A DNA stretch of 64,000 nucleotides from Negaprion brevirostris (taxonomy: Eukaryota), in the NCBI GenBank assembly GCA_030324005.1, contig JARDVH010000025.1, forward strand, positions 74,293,676 through 74,357,675, given 5' to 3'. The translations under genes and the position numbers were made by a program. The notes beneath the pieces were generated by a model. It was given only the letters and a program-made list of their open reading frames with translations, was not told where the DNA came from and did not search any database. Positions 39,721 through 52,971 of this stretch are shown here, piece after piece (position 1 is the first letter of the stretch; every line of letters starts with the position of its first letter).

Positions 39721-40904
39721 TCTAAATTCTCTCCAATAAATCTTTGGAGAATTGCATAACTGGAGATTTTCTTTGCACTTCCNNNNNNNNNNTAATGTTA
39801 ACCTAAATGTTTATATTTGTTTTCAAGTTACATAAAAATATAGACCCCCTTCGCATGGTCTTTGATCTCTCATGATGTGGCCTGAAAAATGAGTGCACAT
39901 TAGGGGCAGTGTAGAAGATGGATTCTTGTTCAACAACCCAAGTTCATGATCAGTTCAATCATTTCAGAAATTAATTTGGACTTGCTGATGCATTGAATTA
40001 GAACATGTCTTGACACTTTAGCTTTAAATGCAGTCTGAAGAAATTGGACTGACCTGTTTGGTATGCAAAGTGTGAAATTATGAAATAATTTTGAGCAGCC
40101 TCAGTCTGATATAAGAGTACATAGTGCACTATTTCATTGTGCAGCTCACGGATAAACACAGGAATGTGATACATGAGCCCAATAAGCCGAAGTCATAAAT
40201 GTGACTTTTCTACCCAAAATGCATTCACTTATTCATCAATGAGCTATTCTTTTGGCGTTAGTCAGTTATTGATTGATCAGTCAATAGTTTGCCAGAGGGA
40301 ACTGCTCCTAGACCCCATGTTGGCAGAATCCAATTCTTAAATTGATTTTCTGGCAAGGCTGTTCTGACTTGAATAGTTGTGTTGGGACTTAACATAACTT
40401 GATGTTAAATTCTCTTATTCTGTACACTCTCCATCTGAATTGCCAAAAACTCTAGCAAGTCGGAGCAACACAGTTTTCCACCATTTAATATGGTAATATT
40501 TGCCAGAATTCTTTGCACAGAAAAATGATATTTTAGACCAAAATTACCAAAACTTTAATATTTCACTCTTGTTAATTGGACACTGGGAAGAAATAAGAAA
40601 CACAAACCATCAAGCAAAACATTAGAACAGTGTCATCACCCGTACAAGGCTAAGTAAGAATTAATCTTGGATTAATTATTTTATATTGAACCAAGTCTTC
40701 ACAACACACAGTGGGAAACATTGGGACATCTAGTTTATCACAATGTGCCCCTCAATTTCTCCTCTGTGCAAAATTATTTTGTTGCCTTCCTCGTGATTCC
40801 TCCTAAATTTATCTTTGGCCATTGGCCAACTCGTTTGCCTGCTGGCTGAATAAAGCCACTGTGAGCCAAGTAGACATATTTAATGATTAAGTTTAAATTT
40901 TTAA

Positions 40905-41203
40905 GTTTATTTATTAGTGTCAATCGTTTGCAGGTAGGCTTACATTAACACTGCAATGAAGCTACTGTGAAAATCCCCTAGTCGCCGCACTGCAGCGCCT
41001 GTTCGGGTACACTGAGGGAGAATTTAGCNNNNNNNNNCACATCTTTCAGACTGTAGGAGGTAATCGGAGCATCCGGAGCAAACCCGCATAAACACAGGGA
41101 GAATGTGCAGACTCCACACAGACAATGACCCAAGCCAGGAATCGAACCTCAGACCCTGGTGTAGTGAGGCAGCAGTGCTAACCACTGTGCCACCATGCTG
41201 CCC
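40905..41203 (-). mobile_element. tRNA-derived V-SINE, same tail type as 19366-19655
   Basis: Minus strand begins gggcagcatggtggcacagtggttagcactgctgcctcac and contains ggttcgattcc. Confidence 0.88.
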
Positions 41204-44200
41204 TATTTCATTCTGTCTAAATAATAACTTCAGCCACAGATATGCTACAATTCAAAGGTAGATCTACTCACATGCATGTGGAAATAAGGTACTTTAGGAG
41301 AATCTTCATTGCTGTTTATAAAACATGAAGTGAATTCGATAAAATAAATCTATGATATTGCTTCAAATTAAGTCAGAAAATAGGGTTAGAAAACCAAAAT
41401 CAAATTAGTGGAAAATAAATACAAATCTGATGTAGGAATAAAGGTTGTGAACATTTTGTATATAGAACAAAAATAAGGTATGGATTTCATGTGCAGCAGC
41501 AGAGTAATTTGCATTGAGGACTTGCACTGACTTCAAAAGAACTACCCACAAAATTTGAGTGATCTCTATGGCATGCATTTCCCCTTTCCCATTGCCATTT
41601 TTAATCTAACACTAAGTTAAGAGTGTATCCTGGTGTTCAGCAATAATTGTCATCAAACAGGATAAGCAGCCAGTCACATTGAAGCATTCTCACATACCAG
41701 GAAATAAATTCACTGAATTTCACTGAGAGCACAATACCTAATTGAATGAGTCGGACATAAGCTGCAATTAAGATTAACTCAGAAAGGTCAGACATTTTAA
41801 TAAAGAAACATCATTTCAACAATGTTAATATTATAATCTTAATGGTGAAATTTTATAGTCCACAAATATAAATTTAGTTTTCCAAATCCGTGAAAGTGAT
41901 TAGCAGTAGTTATGAAATTAGTATGTCATTTCCAAACCCAGTAATACCTCATTCAATAAGGTGTAACTTTTTCAAGGAGTTTTTACAGCAAGATCAGTAG
42001 CATGAAAGGGTAAGCCCTGGGTTACTTCAGTGATTCCTACTTGAGGATGAGGGAACCTAAGCAGCACATTTCTTCTTCTGAAGAAGAGTAGAATCACTGG
42101 CAATAACTTCTGGTTACTCTGCACAAGTGCAAATTTGGAAAAGAGTTGTCAGCTTCAGAGGGGTAATGGTGATGAATAATTTTGCAAAATCCGAGACATT
42201 GGAAATGCCATGACTGCAGCCTAATGCTAAATTGTGCACGTTAAGGCTACAATTAAGTGTGGGTTCGATAGGCCAAATAACCGTTACCTACTGTTAATGT
42301 GTTGATTTATCAAATTGAGTGTTTCTAATGCTGTACAGGTCATTGCACCATGGTACAGTCCATTTGTGGTAAAAATTCACAAGCTGGCTTTTGAAACCTG
42401 AATGGTGGTTCAGTTGATATGGTTGTTTCTCCTTTATGGCACCTGCCTGATTTTTCATTCAGCAATTTTCAATGGAACAAAAGTAGGGCATGTTCTATAA
42501 AAGTCAGTTATCTACATATGCCTGTGTTCACACTGGTAAAACGGGTTTTGTTATCCCGATGGGTCTAACGTGCTGTCAGGAAATGGGAGACGCTTTTAGC
42601 AGTATTTACGTGCATTGCCAGTATTTCGACACTGCTTTCTTGTAATCTAAATACCAACATTAATATAAAAGTACCTTCCGAATAAGAACCTTGACCTGCA
42701 TAAGGTGTTCCCTAATCTTAATATGTCTTGGTGTTACATTTATATGATATGATTTGATCTTCTATGGCCTACTTATTTAATTGCCCGTTGTTTATCTCGA
42801 GATAATTATCTTCCATTTTTATTATTAAATCTTTCAATAATAAAACAGCACTCCACAAAGTGCTGTTTTCATTAATTATTTATATAGCTTCAAAAATAAT
42901 TCTCCGCTGCAATATAAGCACAGATGTTGAATAATAGATATGTTGCTGTGAGCAGCAAGGCCAAGAGCCCAACCAGATAAGTCATATCATGTCATAAATT
43001 GCAAAAGTGCCGTTTTATAAACATTGAACCGCAGGATTAGATTGAATACTTTAACTGACTTCCTAGTGTTTGTTACTGTTGGCAGAAATCCTCCATCGTA
43101 AGGATGCTTGGACACTTCAACAATAAGTACAAACGTTTTCAAAGCAAAAGGATTATCACATTATGAACAATTATAAGCAGAAAAAACAATCCATTTACAA
43201 AGCAAAGATGCTTAGTTTTCCAGCAGAAAAATATTTGGGATAAGAAAATCTAGACAAAACTGGAAGTCAACCCTGAATTTTGCTCATTGATGGTCAGTGG
43301 GATGCAAGGTAAGTTTAGTCATACTTTGCTCTTGCAGGTTGAGAATATCAAGGGCCAAAGCTGCATTGATTCTGACCTACATTTAGGAATACTGAACTTT
43401 TTAAAGTGAGTAAAAGTTGCCAGACAGTTGCTAAAAATAATTAATTGTGTTGAGCAGGTTGGAGATTCGGCGACAACATGATATAGTATTACATAAATAG
43501 ATACCTTTCAAACATATGACTTCCATTCCTTTTGTATTAACTCCTATGCAACGTGCTATATCTACATAGGTGGGTGTTAAAAGGGCCTCATAACTCCAGG
43601 TCAACATATTTGCTCATTGTGCTTCACTCCTAGTGCCAAGTTACCAGGAGCATAGTATTAGACTACAAGGTTGTAGAAGGGCACCAAACATAGGTCATGA
43701 GAGCCTGACACTTGAATGATGGAGGTGGGGGCAACAGATAGTCATCATTGGGTATTTTTCATGAATGCAACTTGCTTTTCAGTCGATAGCCCAGATGGGT
43801 GCTTTATGGTTGGAGTGCAGCTGGGGTGCTGCATTAGAGAGCGGTTGCCAATTTAAATAAACAGCAAGGAACTAGTGAGTCTAGCACAGTACAGCAGTTG
43901 AAGTGGATTGGTTCTCCACTGACCCAGTATCCTTCCCAGATTCTTTGAAATCTTTATAGTTGCTAATGTAGTAATAGAGGGTACTAAATGTAAATCTCTT
44001 TCTAAGTAATAGTGATTCCACCTGCATAAAGTTCAATACCTGCAACATAATATTTGTATTTTCTTCTCGCTCCTGACTTCCTCCTCAGAGCTCTGGCATC
44101 CTCCAAATTGTTGACTTATTTCCAATTTCTCTTCTTTTCCCTAATACTGACATCATCCTCTGAAGTTGTTAACTAATCCACAGCCATTAGTTAAGTCAGA

Positions 44201-44394
44201 ATTAAAACACAGAAGCTTCTTTGCTGGAGAGAGTTTATTGACTTTAGTTTACAGTCAACACTACTCCAACACCCCAGTGTCCCAATGATCCCAAGCTTTA
44301 GGAGTACAAATATCCATCATCTACCATTAAACCTATCCCTTCATATAAGTTACTTTACTGATAAATATCTGTGCACTACTGATCCTTAGCATCA

Positions 44395-44860
44395 CAGACC
44401 TGAAATGCAAACTCTGTTTCTCCACCAATGCTGCCAGACCTATTGAATATTTCAGATTTGCTGTTATCATATCAGATTTCCAGCAGCAGCAATATTTTGC
44501 ATCCAAGTGAAAACCTAACAGGCTGAATGCAACCAGTAGCAAGAGAGACAGATAATTATTTCAGCTATGTTTTTAACACAAGAATACATTTGAAACAAAT
44601 GAGGTTGTTATTTGAGTTCCCAGTAAATCTGAGATACTAAAATAGGAAATGTCATAAAACTCAGTGAGTCTGGCAGAGTCTGTGGCAACAGAAAGAAAGT
44701 TAATGTTTTGAGTTTGTGTGACTCTTCTTCAGAGTCATACTGATCTGAAGAGTGAACTTTTTCTCTCTACAGATGCTGCCATACCTGCTGTGTTTCCTTT
44801 CCACCCTCAGCATTCCCTGTTTTTATTTCATATTTCCAGCATCTGCACTATTTCGCTTTT
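44395..44860. mobile_element. Penelope-derived palindromic repeat cluster (partial copy 44395-44500; inverted-arm copy 44620-44860)
   Basis: Arm gtctggcagagtctgtgg at about 44670 pairs with ctacagatgctgccatac at about 44770; centre gactcttcttcagagtc. Confidence 0.55.
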
Positions 44861-45109
44861 ATTCCAATAATTCTGAATGCTGGACCAAACTGAATCTGAA
44901 CCCTCTAGCACCAGGTCAACTTTGGATAGATTCAGAACAAATCTAGCAACCTAAAACTGGGCAGACCACTCATGATATTTTAAAAAGCTCTATCAAATCA
45001 CCTCCACTCAACCATGGAATCAATCTCATAATCTTTTCTGCACACTTTCTAATGCCTTCCTATCTTGAGAGTTAGAATTGACCAGAAATGTGATTGGACC
45101 AGCCATATA

Positions 45110-45820
45110 ATACTGTGGTTCAAGAGCAGCTGAGAATCCTGTGGCAGATAACCCAGCTCCTGACTCCACAGAAATCTGTCCACCATCTAAGAGACACGCC
45201 TACAGCTCGTGGACTGCTGCAATGCTGGAAGGTGACTCACCATCGCCTTTCCAATTAGAGATGGGCAACAAAATGCTGTCCTAGCTGGAGTCACCCACAT
45301 CCTGTGAAAGAATTTTTAAAAAGTAAGGAGTGTAATGGAATATTCTCCACTCCGAAACAACCCTGAAGAAGCTTTACTCTCTCCAGGTCCAAGCAGCTGC
45401 CTGGTCGGAATCCTATCCCACCTCCATAAAAAATGATTTCCTCCATCACTGATGTACAGTGGCAGTGGTGTGTACCGTTTACAAGATTCACTGCAGTAAA
45501 CCATCAAGTCTCCTTTGAGATTACTTTCTAAATCTGCAACCTTTATCACTTAGAAGGACAAAGGCAGCAGATGCATGGGAACACCACCACCTGCATGTCC
45601 TCCTCCAACCCACACACCATGCTGAATTGGAAACATATCACTGTTCTTTCATTTTCAGATCAAAATCCTGGAACTCCCTTCCCACCAACACTGTGGGTGT
45701 TCCTACAGCACATGCCTGTAACAGTTCAAGATGCAGCAGCTCACCACTACCTTCTCAAGCAGTTAGTTATGGGCAACAAATGTTGATCTTTCCAGCAACA
45801 CTCCTGTTCCAGGACCAAAA
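45110..45820 (+). mobile_element. CR1/L2-group LINE fragments, same family as 17545-18230
   Basis: ggagtgtaatggaatattctccac; SKSWNSLPTNTVGVPTAH; tail gggcaacaaatg occurs twice (about 45262 and 45771). Confidence 0.75.
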
Positions 45821-48379
45821 CAAAAATCCTTGTTCAACCCTGCTGTTTTATAATTTCCATCTGGTTGCTTTTCTCTGTTGGCTAACATTATGCAGTTGTA
45901 GGCTGCTTCAGTTCTCTGACTGAAAGCAGATTCTTGGCGATTATTCCCCAAAGCAAGGCAAAGTGCTGTATTTTTAATACAGTTGGGGTGAGGAGACAAG
46001 TCCAAATGCACCTCTGTGGTAATAGGAGAATCAAACTCTGTGTTGTTGACACTGATCTGATCCACACACTGTAGTGCTGCCAACTGAACTAACTAGCCCA
46101 CCAGTAGTATACTGTCCACTGTTAATGTTTTAAACCTTTCCACTGGCCAGTTTTATTAATTGGAACTTGTCTCTTTAAATTCAATTTGGAGTACTGTTTA
46201 AAACTTATCTGTGAATTGCAAACACCTGAAAATGAGCCAAAGTTGTAATCTAATCAAGGGGTGTGGAGCATGTTGTAAATCATGAGATCAAAACCCGATT
46301 AGCCAACAGATTAGATTGTAGCACAGCCTAGTCTCTCTTAAATGTATAAAGTATCTTTTTTCAGTTGTTAGGGTGGCTTGTAGTTGGCAGTGTGCACCTT
46401 GATGCATGATGACATTCATTAAACAAGATGTAACTCATAAAAGTTTGCTAAATTAATTATCTATCAGTATGTTGTATAAAGAGCACAGTTTCTTGTCTGA
46501 AGCCAGTTCCTATCTTAAGGCTGATTTATATCCTATGCTGCAGAATAAAGAGACAATTCCCCCGCTTTTATACTCCTGTAATGAAGCCCGAACACTTCCC
46601 CACTTGGGGACAGCTGCTTTTAATTATCAGCTGTGAACATGAACCCTACTGCAGCACCATTCCAACATTAACAAAGTTAACCAGCATACAGTGTATTTTG
46701 TAGGCATCACTGTAATTAATTTACAGCTTTACAAAAATTATTTGACAAATATTCCATTCATAAAATGCTATGTGGGTGTGACATTTCATTGTATTGCTAT
46801 CTTTAGTTTTTTAATATAAACAAGCAGAAATCCAGGTTCATGCCATCTGGAGTGCCATCTGTTTTGCACGAAACCTATATTTAGGCTTAGAGAGTGGGTG
46901 AAGTTATAATTGTTACCATTTTAGTGAATGTTCAAATGTATTTTGCTGCTCAGTTGAACATTCCAGAGTCTCTGTGCGTTTCTGCCTAAGATTCTTTTCT
47001 CGTATTATTATTGTAAATTTCTTGAAAGATAATTTTCAGTCGGCTACAGAGGCATTCTGTGTGCAGTATATACCATAATTAAGGCTGATAGATGAGTGGT
47101 TTATTTCTGGGTTAATTATGTTTGATTTTACTTGTAACCTTTATAATAATCAGTACACCAAAATCCTTGCAGGGTTCTACTTACTGATGTTACATTATTG
47201 ATTCATAAAAGTGACAGCACAGAAACTGATCCTGGCTGCATGTGTCACTATTTTTAATAATATCTGGATTTGTACACTTTGATTCTATTGCTCCTTTGCC
47301 ACATTTAGACTTTTAGTTTCAAAGCATTCCTTATTCTTCCTTTTAAAATGTAATATTCCTTCTAAAATTTAACATTCTACATTCATCTCTACTGGAATTA
47401 ATTTACCAATTGTGCAATATACACAGTGCTGCAAATGTACTCANNNNNNNNNNTGAACTTTGCAGTTATAATGATGACAGGAATGTCAGTTCTTTCCACA
47501 ATTATTGTGTGATGCTGACCGTTAATTCTGGCACCTGCACCTGTACAGGTAAATACGGTTGTTGCCAGTGATGGCCCACTCTGCCACATGGTGTGCTGTT
47601 GAAGTATTCATGCTGAAGTATTCATGAAGTTTTCATGCTGTGAAAACCCTTGAAAATGCCTTGTTGATGGAGATGTAATTGGGTTTTTAACACCGTACTA
47701 AGTCATAGTTACTACTAAAATACCCCTCTGGCTGTGAAACCTAACTTTATATTTGTGGAAGTCAAATTTCTCCATTCCATAGTAAATAAAAAAAAGTAGA
47801 TTTTTTAAATGCTAAAAAAATTAAAAGTTTAAGATACTTTAATCCCATTTGTACATCCCAATCTTCATTTAACTTTATGTAAAAATAGTAAGAATCAAAT
47901 CTGCTTGTTACTTCCTGGTTTAGTGTCTGTGAGTGTCTTCAACTAAGCTAGTTAGTCTGGTTGATGACACAACTGTTACTGGAAGCCAGAGATCCCCGGA
48001 ATCTGGCACCAGAATAACATTAACAACAGGAAAGAAGAAATCCATGTCACAGAGCTTATTACATCTTTCTGGAAAGTTTTCTTCAAGGTCAGCGGTGAGC
48101 ATCATCTCTTCATCATTGCGGTCATAATCTAGACCAAGGTTTTTTTTAATATTCAATATATTATTATAAAATCTCATAAATATTGTGCAGAGTGAATGAG
48201 TGCACAATTGATAATGTGCTTGGTAATGAAATGGTATGCATGGCCAAGTAGTGCATGTCACTTAGGGGCAGTGTGCGTAACAACAGGCAGTTATACATGA
48301 CTATAGGGCAGTGGCCATGACTGTGAAGCAGCATATGTAGCTATAAGATAATTGCTATTCCAGATATGGTCCAGCAATG

Positions 48380-48790
48380 ACCCCTTTCAATATACCAATT
48401 TAATTAGTCATATACGTTTGATTAGATTTCCTATATCAGAGAGAGTGGGATGTTATACCAAGTTTTGAAAATGGCATCAAGTCGGAAGTAGGTGATTTTA
48501 GACCTGTTAGCCTTACTCCATTTTTTTGGAAAGTTGTGAGAATCAATGATTAGAGACCAGGGCAGAGTACAGGATTATCAAAGACCTACAGAAAAGCTTC
48601 TGGAAAATAAAATCATGGCTCAAAAACTGGTTTGAATCATTTAAGGAGCTAAGCAGCAGCTTGGATAAAGATAGCTCTGACATGTATCTGGACTTTTCAA
48701 CAAGGCACTGAATGATAACTATCTTCTCAAATGGAGTCATGGTTCTAAGATGTCTGAAAGAAGAACAGCACAAGATAGGGTATTTGGGAG
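48380..48790 (+). mobile_element. CR1 LINE RT N-terminal remnant (old)
   Basis: IPSFENGIKSEVGDFRPVSLT and DMYLDFSTR motifs. Confidence 0.6.
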
Positions 48791-48899
48791 GAGAGTGGAT
48801 AAGCAAAAAGTGCATGTTTACACCAAGTGCAGCTTGTAAATAAGAAAAGATTGATGAAGTTGAAGTGGATGGGGGAAAGAGGATCTTGTGTGGGTACTG

Positions 48900-49528
48900 A
48901 ATGGTTTTTCAGCCCCATTATGGCCACCATCTCAGCCATGGGCTGCCCAATTGATGACCTCCTCTTGTGGTAAGGACCCACAGCTGTGCCTATCATCTGC
49001 TGGTTAGCTGTTGCTGCTGCCTCTGGTTATGTGCCACTTTAATCCTGCAAAAGAGAGGGAAGTGTTGATGAATGAAGTGCAGTGTGTTTGAATGGGTGTC
49101 TTGGTTAAATAGCTGGTGGTATGTGATGTTTTCAGTTGTCTGGATGTGAGGTGAAGCTATGAATATGAGGGATGAATTGTGACAGACAGTGGTTATTGGT
49201 AGATGTGTGTTGGGTGGGTGGTGAATTGAACAGTGTGCGAGGCTAGTGGTACATTTAGGCTGTGGCATTTGAAAATAGATTCACTAACTTTGACTATTGG
49301 TGTGAAGTTGTCGAACTTCTTGCGGCACTGTATCCAGACCCTCTAGCTTGACATGTGACACTTATCACAACAAGGCCTTCAGTGGAACTACTATCTACTA
49401 TGTTGTGTTATTATTCAGTGTTCACCATGTCAAAATCAGTTTTAGAAAGACTTCTGGCTCCTGTTTCAACCTGAACTGCACTGCTCCTTCAAAACGTTCA
49501 AGCTGGCTTTAAGTGCTGGCTAGCTTTA
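48900..49528 (-). mobile_element. PIF/Harbinger remnant with a Myb/SANT-like fragment
   Basis: Minus strand 49343 to 49300 reads RVWIQCRKKFDNF, matching the trihelix WxQCRKKFxDL motif of Harbinger accessory proteins. Confidence 0.55.
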
Positions 49529-49600
49529 AAGGGGAGGTGATGGCCTAGTGGTATTATTGCTAGGCTATTAATCCAGAAACTCAGATCATGTTCTGGGGAC

Positions 49601-50390
49601 TGTTGCTGCACCATTCATACAATATGTTTTAACCCTTATATGGTTACAAAGAATTGTGAGCAGACTTCTTGTTAGTACAATAATATTTATCCTCTCACAC
49701 AATTATTAATTACCCACCCAATCAATGCTGAGTTATCTTGCAGAATACTAAAGTTCAAGTCCAACACTAGACCTTGACTTAACTTTCACGTAACTGGCAA
49801 GTACCCAGGCAGATATTGGCCATTATCCATGTGTTAGTCTCCGTTGTCCTCTGCCTAGCTTAGTCTGATACTCTGGCTCTGGTCTTCCTTCCATTTTTGG
49901 TGAGGTGGCTCTCCTCATGCTAGTCATTGCTGGCAAAGGTTGTTGTTGTGGTTCATTCATTAGGAGAGAGATTCTTCTGTGTGCAGCATCCTCTATATCT
50001 CTTTGATTTTGTGCCCTTTTTGGCCATTGCCAATCATTCGATCAGGGCTTGATCACCCTGATCGATAAAGTCCAATTAGGTGCTGCCACACCGATCTCTG
50101 GGTGTGTACCCAACGGTCATGTCTGTAGGTGCTGGAGGCACATAGGTCACATACCTCCCTCCCAAAACAAGGGTTAAAGCGCTCCTGTTTCTGGTAAACA
50201 ACCCAGCTTGACCAGAAAGTGTCCTTTGTCATTGAGATGGCCTATATCCAGTGTATTCCAACGTCTGCAGATGCAGCCTTTTTCTCTCAATCCAATTTCT
50301 TTTGAGGCTGCAGCCTGTCTGTTTTAGTGTTTTCCAATTATCCCAGCGTGCTCTTGCAAACCACCATCTTAAGCGGCCCGTTTGGCCACA
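49601..50390. mobile_element. Solo LTR, 790 bp
   Basis: Starts TGTTGC, ends GCCACA; flanked by 4-bp TSD GGAC (49597-49600 and 50391-50394); interrupts a SINE cleanly. Confidence 0.85.
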
Positions 50391-50595
50391 GGACCCAGGT
50401 TCGAATCCTGCCATGGCAGGTGATGGAATTTGAATTCAATAAAAACAATCTGGAATTAAGAATCTATTGATGATCATGAAACTATTGTCGATTGTTGGAA
50501 AAACCTATCTGGTTCACTAATGTCCTTTAGAGAAAGAAATCTGCCATCCTTTCCTGGTCTGGCCTATATGTGACTCCAGAGCCACAGCAATGTGG

Positions 50596-51022
50596 CTCTG
50601 GAGTCCGAAGGATAAGAGATGACCTGATAGAGGTGTATAAGGTGTTGAGNNNNNNNNNNNNNNNNNNNNNNNNNNNNNNNNNNNNNNNNNNNNNNNNNNN
50701 NNNNNNNNNNNNNNNNNNNNNNNNNNNNNNNNNNNNNNNNNNNNNNNNNNNNNNNNNNNNNNNNNNNNNNNNNNNNNNNNNNNNNNNNNNNNNNNNNNNN
50801 NNNNNNNNNNNNNNNNNNNNNNNNNNNNNNNNNNNNNNNNNNNNNNNNNNNNNNNNNNNNGGTGGTGGAGGCAAACTCGATAGGGTCTTTTAAGAGACTT
50901 CTGGATGAGCACATGGGACTTAATAGGATTGAGGGTTCATAGGTAAGCCGAGTAGGTAGGGATGTGATCGGCGCAACTTGTGGGCAGAAAGGCCTGTTTG
51001 TGCTGTAGTTTTTCTATGTTCT
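50596..51022 (+). mobile_element. 5'-truncated CR1 LINE inserted in a SINE (contains an N gap)
   Basis: RRIRDDLIEVYKVL; (ttctatg)n tail; candidate TSD aatgtgg (50589-50595) and aaagtgg (51023-51029). Confidence 0.85.
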
Positions 51023-52971
51023 AAAGTGGTTGACTCTCAACTGCCCTCCAAGGGTAAATAGGGATTGGCAATAAATGCTGGTCAGCCAGCAATGCCAATG
51101 AATGAATAAAAATCAAATTTGCCTTTCACAGTGTTGTGAAAGCCCTTACTTAGCCACTCAACAGCACGCATAACTTTGGCTGCAAACAAATGCAGTTTGT
51201 GTGTCGTGTGCATTGGAAGCAGTGTTGCTCAGGTAATCCCACAATGTATTTCCCACAACTAATTTTAGGGGCCAAGGTTGTTTATTTGGGATTGGAAATG
51301 CATTTCAATTCATGACTAGCCACAATTTTTCAGGAATGCCTCCACGTTCCCAACTCTGCAGCATTCTCCTCTGGTCTTTCTGTGCATTGGGAATGCCTAG
51401 GGCTGAATCTCCTTCTGGGCTTGAAAACCTGACCTGCTCACTTTTGCAGCTTATAAGCTACACATCTGACCCGTGTTTGATTGCGCCAGTTTTGTCTTTT
51501 CACACTGAAGTTAGGTTTACTCTGCGGTTTGCTGGAGCGCATAGGGAGTGTGGGTGTGGAGGCAGGTTGGTTAGAAGTCCTGCCTCTGCCATCACAGTAT
51601 CCCAGTTCCCAAAAATTTTTAAAGGCTGCTTAACTTTTACACATGCTTCCACCCATCCCTGATGCCAGCTCATGCTCCCTTAGATCACTCATGCCTCCCA
51701 CACATTCTCCATGCTCCCTCAGATCACTGATATCATCCTATGACACCTCTCTGCTGCCTATATAACCTCCATAGCCACCCCCCAATATGCACCATATTAA
51801 TGAAAAAGAGAGACTGTCTATGAATGTAACAGACCAGGTGGTTAGATTTTTCAAGTGTAGAGTTTTGTTTTTCAAATCTGATTTTTTTTTAAATCAGCAA
51901 GAAAAATCACAACACAAAAGGTAGCAGCACATGTTGACAGGACCTTTTGTAGTAATTTTCATTGTGTTATGGAACTTTCTCCATTGGGAAAGCACTGTAA
52001 TCCATCTGAACAAACACAACTTCCTAGTTAGTGTAAGGATCAATTTACCATTAAAGGACAGTTCCTGAGGATGAATCACTGCATTTAAACACATGTGCAG
52101 TATATTACAGCACCTAATAGTGACATTTCAGAATGCTCCAGACTTAGCAAACTGTTCATTTTTTTTCACAAGCTCTCGTGCTTTGGGCTTCCGCAATCCA
52201 GAAAATCCATTTTTTTTCCTTTGTTATCGTAGTGGTCCACTGTAGCAACGACAAGTTTATTGTTTAAAAAGTGTCTTCTGGTCTCAGAATAAACAAATAA
52301 GTGCAAATAAATGAACAGTGTGAAAATAAACCTATATAACAATGGATTCTTTCAGATCCATCTTGAAGTATTTTCTCTAAAGACATTTGTGTGGTTCTAA
52401 CGTAGCTGATGTTACTGAAAAAACACAACATATTTGTACAAAATGATTCTTGTTGCATCATCTTTTTCTGAACCTGTAAACCAATTTAAAGCCACCAAAA
52501 TCTGTCAGAACAGAAGAACTTTGAGAATGATTGTTTTGGTTATAAGATTGAGGATTTATTTTGAAGAGTTGATTTGACTTCATTCACACTCATATCCAGA
52601 TCTATTTGGGTTAGCTCCAATGCTGGCTTCAATTTTATGTCAACTAACAAAGTAACAATCTTATGAATACTGGGCAACTTGATTGTCATGTAATGATTAC
52701 TAAAGTCAAAACCCACTTGTTTAAGAGAGTTTACCTTGTATACCTTGTGTATTCAGACAGTGCATATCGAGCTGCAGAGAAAGTGTGTGTATTTTTAGCA
52801 GCTGAATGCCACAGGTGAATTATACTCATTTTGGTCGAACAAAGAACAGAATGCACAGGAACAGGTCCTTCAGTCTACCAAGCCTGCACCAACACATGAT
52901 GTCTTGAAAAACTAAAGACCTTTTGCTTCCACGCAGTCCACATGCCCCTATCCCTGCCTATTCATTTATCT

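Larger units (their letters stand above)
49531..51115 (+). mobile_element. tRNA-derived SINE split into three pieces (49531-49600, 50391-50595, 51023-51115) by two insertions
   Basis: A box tggcctagtgg in the first piece, B box ggttcgaatcc in the second; pieces are collinear with the copy at 12610-12960. Confidence 0.85.

Noticed and set aside
43300-43340. Perfect donor AAG|GTAAGT followed by a nearby acceptor
   Set aside because: No supportable exon or reading frame; isolated consensus sites are expected by chance in 59 kb.
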